Shown one piece after another: positions 54,818 to 64,000 of a stretch of DNA of 64,000 bases. The translations under genes and the position numbers were made by a program. The notes below the pieces were generated by a model. The model was not told where the DNA came from. It did no database searches and saw nothing but the letters and a program-made list of their open reading frames with translations. How positions within the stretch are numbered: position 1 is the first letter of the stretch; every line of letters begins with the position of its first letter. Source of the DNA: Schizochytrium sp. TIO01 (lineage: Eukaryota; Protista; Bigyra: Labyrinthulomycetes); contig SMSO01000031.1 in NCBI GenBank assembly GCA_004764695.1, forward strand, positions 3,448,436-3,512,435, in the 5' to 3' direction.

Positions 54818-57410
54818 CCAAGCCCCTTGCCTGCATGTGTCGTGGCAAAGGCCCTTGAACCTCACAAGGCCCGCCGCCGGTCCCCTAAAGTATGAAATAA
54901 ATGCGCATTCATCGCGAAGAACCATTGTTACCACTGCAGCATCCATGCAGCATGGAGCATGGCGCAAAGGTTTCCGGCGTGGAATTTCTCGTCGCCACCT
55001 CTAGGGCCATTTTCAGTCTATCCAGCTGACTTACTCCCAGTTTCCTTTCGTGAAAAGGAAATCATTTGGTAAAAGTGAAGTAACAGTGAGTTAGTCCCTC
55101 AGAGGAGACACACGTCACTTCGCCAGAGTGTACCTTTGCAGGTCTGTACGTATGTGTTCCCTGATCTCGGGTGACTTGCCTCCTTGCTCACTTGCTTTGA
55201 TAAAGTCATGTGTACCACACATCGCCATGCATCATCGTCATCATAAACACCGTCATAGACGTCAAGGAAGGAAGCAAGCAAGCAAACGTCTTGTATAATG
55301 TCGTGGAATGTGCTCTAGGGCGCTCTCGATGAACTTGCGACCGCCGCTACGAGAGTGCGGGTCTGTGAGAATGATTGTGAGTGTTGTGACCAGGTAGCAA
55401 GTCCCAGTCTGGTCGGAAGACAGCCACTCATCTGGCAGAATGATAGCAAGTAGGCACCCAGCCAAATGACGGAACGAACTGAAGGAAAATCTCAGCATTC
55501 GCAGCTCTTCGTGGACGCTAGCAGTTTGCTCTCTGCTGGCAAGCCCTGCTGGCGCAAAATAAGTTCGCAATCAATCGCTCAAAAAGCAAATTCCATCGTC
55601 GAATTGCGATTTGCTCAATTAAATAAACTAAATTTTACAAAAGTGGTAAGAAAGTCGCGATAAACTAAGAATATAAAAAATTATTGGAAATGGAAAATGA
55701 ATAGAGAAAAGCTGAGGGTTAAAACATTAAAATGAGGCAGCCATTCATACAGCAGCCTGATCAACGTGGATCATACCAACCAGAGCTTCCAAACCTGCGT
55801 CAAGACTGTGGAACAAGTAATACTTCGATCGTAAACAATCTCGATTGCCAAAGTCCTCGAATTGGCACCATCCATCGCAATAGATACCTCTTGAGTCAGC
55901 TCTTCTTCAAGCGTCTGGAGCGTAAAGAAGAGTACATGATGATATAGTAGTCCGTAAGTAGGTTCCTACTTACTACCTATGAAACACTGAGACCTCTCGC
56001 GATCGACTTGACACCTGCTCTGTGTCCTGCAATGCATGAGAGGAAGTGCACAGGGGTGTATATTGGCACCTTATTTCCTAAACGATGTTCAGCCAGAAGT
56101 CTTCAAGTTATCTATACTATATCTAAACTGGATTCCTCCTAATACATGTTTTCGTAATATACCCCCCTTCGTGGCTAGTGATGAGGGGGTATAGTGGGAG
56201 TGTGGTTTATAATATCACCTGATTGGATAAAAGTACTAATATGAGAGAATAGAGGTAAGTACGGAAAGAGTTCCATAATACTCACCCTCTCCGAAAGGGT
56301 TGCGATTGAGAAAGAGGGAAAGAACGCAAAAGAAAGAAAGAAGAATAATGCAATGAATCGGTGAAAGAACGAAAGTCTGGAAACAGGAAAAGAAATAGTT
56401 ATCGAAAGAAACCTGCTTTAAAACAGGAGGCGTGCGACCCCAAAAGCAGCCAACGCGAAACAAAATCATGGCGGCCGATGCGCTGAGGTGGGGCTGCGAA
56501 TTAGTTGGGGGTCGAGCAGTAGGAGGAGCGGCGGAATACACAGTTAGTTAGTGGAGTTGTTAAACTTATGAACGAATTGAAGGAAAGCAAAGAGGAAAAA
56601 GCCTACTGAATAAGAAAGAGAAGAAAGAAGAAAGAAAAGCGCTATGGACCCTAATGAGAGGAATATCAAGTTTGTGTTTTTAATTAGGTGTAAGAAGAGG
56701 AAGCGATGTAGGCGTGGCTATCCGACTCTTAGACCATAAAATTTTGAAATAAGTTAAAGTAACTTCTTGGAATGTGAAAGAAAGAATCAATGAACGAACA
56801 ATCAAACATTCGTCATAATTGGAGAAAGAAAGCCCTGGAGACCATTCTCGCACAGCAAAAACAGAACTCGAGCTGCTCCAGCAAGCCGGCACTGTGGAAA
56901 GGTGCGACGCAGTCTTGGGCAAGTGCACGCGCTGGGTCTGCTTCGAAGGGGAGCTCGAGGCGAAACTCAGTCTGAGGCGAGAGTCCGAAAGTCCGCAAAC
57001 TTGGCCAGGTCACGAGCGTCACGATTTCTGACTCCTCGCCTGTTTATAGAAAGTGAAGCGGAAGGCAGTTCCGCGTCAGCTTTCGTTGCTAAGGTTGTTC
57101 TGAGGCCCCACTCGTGAACGCTACTGCTTGGGCTGCTTGTCTGCTTTGCATTGCGAAACTGCCTCGTAGTAGGTGCGTAACGAATTGAGCTTGTGTGGAA
57201 CAAGGTAGTATTGTAGTACTTCCTATCGTCTTCCTTTTTGAGCAGAAAAAGATAGATTGTTATACCCGTGGCGTGTGTCCTCCACAAGTACCTACCTCAC
57301 TTAGTTCACATTTGAGCACGAAACAGGTGTTGAAATCACTAAAACTTGACAGAGATTTGGCAGCGAACCTAAGGTAGAGTTTAGCAGTCAAATTGATTAC
57401 TATCCTAAAG

Positions 57411-59129
57411 ATGGGTCAAGTCTTCACAGCACTTACGCGGGACCGCCGTCTTCCGTTTGTAGCACTCGCTTTGGCTTTGTTTAGGGCTCGCCAGAGCAAG
57501 CATGGCTATCATGAAAATATCTTGACAGCATTTTCGCACCTCTTCACGCAAAATTCATACTACCTTAGGATTATTGGCGACGTTGTGGGTATTTACACCA
57601 TTGTGGCATGCATCCGTTGGTTGATCACTCTTCGTCGGGAGCTGCGTACTCTCACATTCAAACGTTTAAAGGATATGATTGGCTCAGATGTTGCTGACTA
57701 CCTTAAGCAAATCCCTATTGTGAAGGATAAAATCGCTGCCGAGTATGCCAAAGTTGAAAAAGACCTGGAGAAGTCGCTTAAAGACCCCGAGCGCGAGCAG
57801 CGTTTCGAGCTCCCATCGGAAGGTGTTCCTAAAGAGCAAATCCTCGCCAAGATGCGTACCCTATACGGCAAGGAAAAAAGCAAGTGGCACGATGGCTGGG
57901 TCAGTGGTGCCGTTTACCACGGTGGTGATGAGCACATTGAGATGCAAAGCGAGGTGTTCGGGCTCTTCAACATTACCAACCCTCTCCACCCGGATATTTG
58001 GCCAAGTGTAATGCAGTTCGAAGCTGAAATTGTAGCCATGACGTCTAATCTTGTTAACGGTGGAGACAAAGGCGTTACTGGTACAATGACTTCTGGTGGA
58101 ACGGAGTCTATCATCATGGCGGCTAAGACTCATCGTGAATGGGCTTACAAGGAGCGTGGAATCACGCGTCCGGAAATCGTTGCTTGTGTAACAGCTCATG
58201 CTGCAATTGATAAGGCATGCGAACTTCTTAACATTAAGCTTGTTCACGTTCCTATGGATGAGAGCACATGTGCCGTAGACCCACGTGTCCTGGAAAAATA
58301 TGTCACGCCTGATACGATCATGATTTATGCATCTGCGCCACAGTACCCGCACGGTGTGATTGACCCTGTATCTGCTCTTTCTGAGATTGCTGTTCGCGCT
58401 GGATGTGGCCTCCATGTGGACTGCTGCCTTGGTGGTTTTGTGCTTCCCTTCGCGAAGAAGCTTGGTTATGATATTCCTGAGTTCGACTTCAGTCTCCCTG
58501 GTGTAACTTCGATGAGCTGTGACACTCACAAGTACGGCTATGCAGCAAAGGGAACGAGCGTTGTCCTTTACCGTAGCTCGCAGCTCCGATCCTACCAGTA
58601 TTTTAGCTACCCGTCGTGGCTTGGTGGAGTCTATGTTACTCCTAGTACTGCTGGCAGCCGTCCTGGTGCTTTGTCTGCTTGCACGTGGGCTTCAATGGTT
58701 GCCATGGGTGAAAAGGGCTTTCTTGCGGCAACTAAGAAGATCATGGACACTGCCGCAAAAATCCGCAAAGCAGTTTCAGAGATCGAGGGCATTCACATTG
58801 TTGGCCATGCACAAGCTATGATTGTAGCCTTTGGATCCACAAAATTTTCAATCTACATGCTTGCTGATAAAATGGGCCACCGTGGGTGGTCACTGAACAC
58901 CTTGCAACGCCCGGCTGCAGTTCATATTTGTGTAACTCTTCCTGTTGTCCCCAACGCTGACCGCTTCATTACAGACGTTCGTGAATGCACTCTGGAGTGC
59001 CTCAATGACCCTAATCCTACTGGTAAGGATGATGGTCACGGTCGTGTGTATGGCGCTGCTTCTGCACTTCCTGCCGGTCCTGTGAAGGACGTCCTTAATA
59101 CTTACACGAACGTTGTCCTCAAGGTGTAA
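57411..59129 (+). CDS. SGPL1: Sphingosine-1-phosphate lyase (PLP-dependent)
   Basis: VSGAVYHG, NPLHPDIWP, TSGGTESI, LHVDCCLGGF, PLP-lysine motif SCDTHKYG and AGSRPG; N-terminal membrane segment; first ATG at 57411. Confidence 0.95.
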   Translation: MGQVFTALTRDRRLPFVALALALFRARQSKHGYHENILTAFSHLFTQNSYYLRIIGDVVGIYTIVACIRWLITLRRELRTLTFKRLKDMIGSDVADYLKQIPIVKDKIAAEYAKVEKDLEKSLKDPEREQRFELPSEGVPKEQILAKMRTLYGKEKSKWHDGWVSGAVYHGGDEHIEMQSEVFGLFNITNPLHPDIWPSVMQFEAEIVAMTSNLVNGGDKGVTGTMTSGGTESIIMAAKTHREWAYKERGITRPEIVACVTAHAAIDKACELLNIKLVHVPMDESTCAVDPRVLEKYVTPDTIMIYASAPQYPHGVIDPVSALSEIAVRAGCGLHVDCCLGGFVLPFAKKLGYDIPEFDFSLPGVTSMSCDTHKYGYAAKGTSVVLYRSSQLRSYQYFSYPSWLGGVYVTPSTAGSRPGALSACTWASMVAMGEKGFLAATKKIMDTAAKIRKAVSEIEGIHIVGHAQAMIVAFGSTKFSIYMLADKMGHRGWSLNTLQRPAAVHICVTLPVVPNADRFITDVRECTLECLNDPNPTGKDDGHGRVYGAASALPAGPVKDVLNTYTNVVLKV

Positions 59130-60720
59130 GAATCACATGCAACAGTTGAGATTAACTCAACAGAGGTTTTTTGGCGCTATCTTCAATTTTGTTGATCTCA
59201 TGGGTGGTTTGTATAGCATCCCATTGATTGTCAAACCAAGGTGGGTGATTTGCACCGCGTGCTACCTTCAGTCATAGCATGGTCTGGTGATCATCAATTG
59301 TTAAGATTACTTGGTACTGTGCTTTAATTTCTTTTATTCATACTGTCAAGTCTTGGAAAGAGAGCCAACGCCATCCAGACTTCCAAAGAAACAATTTAAA
59401 CTACACTGAGAACCATAAAGTGAAGTGCTCCTTCCCTGGCATTTTCTTTTTTGCAGGCGCATAATTTCACCCAACGTTGGCATTTCTCATATTATACTAC
59501 CGAGTGCACCTCAGCTTACACAGATTCTTTTTTAAAATATATAATATACTTGACGATACCCAACAACATACTCCAAGTTGCTAAATTTCTTTGCTAGTTT
59601 ATTATACGAATAATGAAAATCCCAAACGCATAATCCCGTATATTCAAATGAAGGTCTGTTCCCATCAAATCCACAGAAAAGTAGTTTAACCTATAAGAGG
59701 CATTTGTCACCCTATTAGATAGTGTTAATGCTCCTCTTAGGCAACGTCCTGCTCACATATCTTTCATTCATTAAGTGACACATAGCTTGTCACCTCCTAC
59801 GATACCAAAAGGCTCTCCGATACCATTTGTTGATGGTGTTTATCTTGCCTACAGCATGCAACAGCGACCATTCAAGTTAAGCTCGCATAGGCTGTATTCC
59901 ACAAGTCGAATCTTGGCAGTGCACGAGTTGTGAGCTATGTGACTTTATGAGTGAGATTGTACTTTCCAAGTTTTGTAAGGAAGAAATCTTTTTCTTTTTC
60001 CTTTCTAACGCCACGTGTGGTCAAACGAGAGACGCAATGCTTCTTGCCAATTTAGTGAGGCAGCCAACTGACCTATCAACCACCATGAAACATGAAACCA
60101 AATCAAGCGCGAATGATCTTCTTCTTAAGCCAGCCCGCGATAATACATTTATTCAGTATTTTCCCTCAAAAGCTCCGAACTTCATGACGGAGTCAGTAAA
60201 TTTATTTTATTTATTTCTTAATTTTTAAAATGAAACTAATCATGATATTATATATATAATTGTATTTAAATAATTATTATTTTAATAATAATAATAATAA
60301 TAATAATAAAACTCTAGCTAGAGAACTAAAAATAGTTTTTATGTTAACTTTAATTTCTAAAGGATTAATCATCATATTAATAACCACAATAGCAATGATA
60401 ATAAGTAATAATTTAAAAGTAGTTTTTAGCATTGTACTTTGAAGAAGTACCTAATTATCTTAATAGTCTTTCGTCATAAATGTGAAAGAAGAAAAAATCA
60501 ATCAACGAAACGAAGTGAAAACAATCTAACCTTGAAGACAAGATTGCTTCATCGTGTAATAACAGTGACAATACTCATTGTAGCAAAACCAATACAAAAC
60601 TAGAACCCCATCCGCACGCCTGCGACGACGTGGTCACGTCGCATTGTGCGGAAGGCGCGGGACACTCGGCTCACGTGGGGAACTGCGTCTTTTCCAGCGA
60701 GACGAAGCTGCAAAGATCTC

Positions 60721-63700
60721 ATGGAGACTGGCAACCAATCAGGTTCAAACCTATGGCCCGTGTCTGAGGTACGAGAGCCGAGTTCATCAGGATCTCCAAG
60801 CTCTGGGTGGAGCGGGAAAGGCGGCCAAGATGCAGAAACTGACGAAGATCAAGACCTTAACTGGGATCAACAGCACCAGCGGCGAAATAATGAGAATCTT
60901 GAGACGGCTCGACTGTTGGAGCAACAATCGATTTCAGGTATTTCAGGGTACCAAAGTCTGCCAAGTTTGGCGGATGCTGCGGATAGCGTGTTCGCAAATG
61001 TCAGCGCAACACATTACTCAGATGTGAGCGATATAAGCGATGATGGGATGGTGGTGCAGCGAAGGTTGCATGCAGTTCGTGTCGCGGCAATGTACATAAA
61101 GGCTGCGCTCTTTGATCGCAGAATTTCGTATCTCACAGACCCGGAGTCATTATGGCTTGTGCGAATCTATGAGAGCACCGGCATGCGCATGCTTGTTGAT
61201 GCAGCGCTTATTGCATACTTACTTATTACGTTTTATGAGAAAAACGATGGCACACAACCAGTGTGGACATATATTGTAGAAGCCCTGTCCTGGAGCTACC
61301 TTGCACTGATGTTTTCGCTGCGTATTCGATTCACCGACTTTAAACAGCTGCAGCGCAGCCGCTTCGCTAAAATCCATGCAACAGCCCTTGCAATTGCATT
61401 AGTAGATCTCTTGGCGAGTGTTTTCTTTGCTGTCATATGCAAAAAACCTTACTATCGATTTGCCCGCGTTGTACGACCAGTGTTTCAGCTTGAGTATTCT
61501 CACCTTGTCCGACGCCGCGTGCTCGATATATTACGAACATGTTGGCGCGTGAGGGCGGTATTTTTATTGCTGGCTTTCGAAATCACCTTCTTTGCGGTTG
61601 TTGCGATTTTTCTGTTCTACGGCTCACCAGAAGGTGACCAGTTCTTTAATTCTATGGGACAATCCATTGTAACCCTGGTCATTCTTTTGTCGACATGTAA
61701 TTCACCTTCAGTGATGGTTCCTGCTTACAAATCAAATCCATGGAGCGCTTTATTCTTTGTTTGTTATTTGGTGGTCTCTGTTTTTCTAATGCTGAACTTG
61801 ACTTTAGCTGTCATTTATAAAGAGCATCGACGTCATTTATTATGGGAAGCAAAACGTCAGGCGATTCGTAAACGCGCTTGCACCTCTGCAGCATTCCGCG
61901 TGCTGCGACAGGAATACATCCAAAGCATGGAGCCCATTCTGCGTCCAACAAATCTACGTGGGGTCGGTCTTCCCGATGGACTCGTGGTAGACTTAATGAT
62001 TGAATTAGGTGTCCGTGTTGAAGATGCCCCAGTGCTCGTCACTCTTCTGGGCGATGGTCGCCGACCGGGCTTTGTATTTCGTGACGAATTTGAGGATGTT
62101 CTCCTTGTAGTGCACTTCACAATTAAGGAACATGTTTCTGAGGAAGAAGAAGTAGAGGCCATACTCGGAGAAAATGATATGGTTGCTGCTGCAGATGCAG
62201 AAGCAGTTGCTACGGCTGACCGTGTTAGGGCTACTGAGGATGCTGAGCAAAGCACTGACCAGGATGGAAATGTTGGGGAGAATACCTACACAAGCCAGGG
62301 CACAAACAACAGCCAGTATTTTTCAAATTTCAACTATAGCAACGGCGGCACGCCTACGAGTTCTTTGTATGGTCTTGAAAATGAGTTTGACACTGGAAGT
62401 ATTGCTCCTGGCCTCCACCACCCATACTACAATGGCCGCCGTACCCATGAAGGTAGCACTGCTAATATGAATACTAGCTCGAGATCAATGCGGTCCTCAT
62501 CTTTTACACGTAGTTCTGATGCCCCTCGAACACCACTAACGGAGAGCGACTTTGACGAATCGACACCCACTTCAATGCGAACAGCTCTCAAAAAGGCGGC
62601 CCGAATGTCTTCTAGCCGACGCATGGCGATTCGTGTTGTAAAACACAGGACCTGGGTACCCTTCTTTGGTAAGGTTCAGACACTAGACTTTGCTGTCAAC
62701 GCGCTACTAGTAGTTTCTGGATGCATCACAGTTACCGCCCTTACGATTGACATTGACGTCATCATTTATGATGATCCCCTGCCGTTCCGCATCATCAACA
62801 CGTGCTGCACGCTCTTATTCTCCGCCGAAGTAGCGATCCGGATGCATGCTGCTCGCCCACGGCGCTTCTTTGAGTCTTCTTGGAATACATTCGAATTTTG
62901 TGTTGTGGTTTCTTCCCTAGTGGGAACGCTCTCGCAAATTCTTCGACTGCGTCTCGGTGGTCACACGCATCTCTTTTTGTTTTTACGAAAGCTTCGTTTA
63001 CTGCGCTTACTGCGATCGGTTTCACAATTTCGCCTCCTTACAGAAATGATTGTGTACCTGCTTCCAGCTCTGTATGTATTTTCTCGAGTCATTTTCTTTT
63101 TTATGTACATCACCGCGATTGTAGCTATGGGATCGCTCAAGATGCAGCTTGAAAATGAGGCCGAATTCGGTGCTACAAATTTTATCACTTTTGCCAATTC
63201 TTTGCTTACACTCTTTCAGCTCTTAGTCGTAAATGACTGGAATATGACAATGAATGGGTATTATAAGGCAACTGGCAACGCTCTGGTATATGTCTTCTTC
63301 ATTCTCAATTATCTCTTTAGTGTTATCGTTGTCCTCAATGTCATCACATCGTTCGCACTGGAGGCCCTCGACAAGAGTATCTCGGAGTTTGCTCTTTTGC
63401 AGGATGCTAACCCGAGCAACCCCGATGAAACCTCCTTCATCAATGGTAGCGATAGTCAAGAGAAAATTATACGTGAGCAGGCACGTATAATGGAGCGGCG
63501 TCATAACTCACGTCGCGAGCGTGAGCTATTCAGTCGTTCGAAGGCAGGTTCTGGTCATGTTCATGAGGAACGTGAACTCAAGCGCACATTTAGTTACGTA
63601 GAAAGACTTCCAACTTTGCGTAAGGTGGGCCGAGTCATCCGAACCTCGCCTCGTGAATCGCACTTGGTTCGGCTTTTGCGCGAGGTCTTTGACAACGAGA

Positions 63701-63804
63701 TGGACGAGCCTTCGATGGCAGAGGTTAATCGAGAACTTCATCGCAACGGTTTGGCAAACCTACTTGCTCGCCCCAATCAATCATCCCAGTCCCAGGTCAC
63801 GTAA
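60721..63804 (+). CDS. TPCN: Two-pore channel (TPC)
   Basis: Two 6-TM repeats; pore I LLSTCNSPSVMVPAY; NLTLAVIY; pore II LFQLLVVNDW; S4-II LRKLRLLRLLR; first ATG at 60721. Confidence 0.92.
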   Translation: METGNQSGSNLWPVSEVREPSSSGSPSSGWSGKGGQDAETDEDQDLNWDQQHQRRNNENLETARLLEQQSISGISGYQSLPSLADAADSVFANVSATHYSDVSDISDDGMVVQRRLHAVRVAAMYIKAALFDRRISYLTDPESLWLVRIYESTGMRMLVDAALIAYLLITFYEKNDGTQPVWTYIVEALSWSYLALMFSLRIRFTDFKQLQRSRFAKIHATALAIALVDLLASVFFAVICKKPYYRFARVVRPVFQLEYSHLVRRRVLDILRTCWRVRAVFLLLAFEITFFAVVAIFLFYGSPEGDQFFNSMGQSIVTLVILLSTCNSPSVMVPAYKSNPWSALFFVCYLVVSVFLMLNLTLAVIYKEHRRHLLWEAKRQAIRKRACTSAAFRVLRQEYIQSMEPILRPTNLRGVGLPDGLVVDLMIELGVRVEDAPVLVTLLGDGRRPGFVFRDEFEDVLLVVHFTIKEHVSEEEEVEAILGENDMVAAADAEAVATADRVRATEDAEQSTDQDGNVGENTYTSQGTNNSQYFSNFNYSNGGTPTSSLYGLENEFDTGSIAPGLHHPYYNGRRTHEGSTANMNTSSRSMRSSSFTRSSDAPRTPLTESDFDESTPTSMRTALKKAARMSSSRRMAIRVVKHRTWVPFFGKVQTLDFAVNALLVVSGCITVTALTIDIDVIIYDDPLPFRIINTCCTLLFSAEVAIRMHAARPRRFFESSWNTFEFCVVVSSLVGTLSQILRLRLGGHTHLFLFLRKLRLLRLLRSVSQFRLLTEMIVYLLPALYVFSRVIFFFMYITAIVAMGSLKMQLENEAEFGATNFITFANSLLTLFQLLVVNDWNMTMNGYYKATGNALVYVFFILNYLFSVIVVLNVITSFALEALDKSISEFALLQDANPSNPDETSFINGSDSQEKIIREQARIMERRHNSRRERELFSRSKAGSGHVHEERELKRTFSYVERLPTLRKVGRVIRTSPRESHLVRLLREVFDNEMDEPSMAEVNRELHRNGLANLLARPNQSSQSQVT

Positions 63805-64000
63805 TTAAAACATAACCTTATTCGAGTTTTCCTAATACTTTGCAGTGGCTCTCGGTTTTCTTCTTTACGATTTGGAGAAGGAGACAGAGCACTTCGTGCA
63901 ATGCACTTAAGTACCAGGTACCCACTTACTAGTACACTGAAGAATAAAAGAGTCGTTCTTTTGACATGGCGTAGGACAGTGTTGTTTCTTCTCCCACAAG

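Overview
Eukaryotic nuclear DNA with compact, nearly intron-free genes and microsatellite-rich spacers. The style suggests a heterotrophic stramenopile such as a thraustochytrid, but this is inference and not checked. I find 18 protein-coding genes: a TALPID3-like protein, CMS1, an INPP5-like protein lacking catalytic residues, TAF11, AAR2, an unknown 305-aa ORF, a RanBP1-domain protein, RRS1, a membrane-anchored TTL-family ligase, WDR90, an 89-aa ORF, a TLC-domain protein, an SfsA-family nuclease, G6PD, cyclin H (one intron, reconstructed here), a TBC RabGAP, sphingosine-1-phosphate lyase and a two-pore channel. Twelve of them form six head-to-head pairs. An 11-kb stretch with no convincing gene (37.1-48.2 kb) precedes G6PD and alternates GC islands, tetranucleotide microsatellites, splice-like signals and a recurrent GCCTCG motif. 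The most notable items are a TTL/ATP-grasp ligase with type II membrane topology, a CaaX-ending 5-phosphatase missing its catalytic residues, a probable non-animal TALPID3, and an SfsA with NLS-like tails. I could not support any tRNA, rRNA, CRISPR array or transposon. Reference motifs are quoted from memory; no searches were run.
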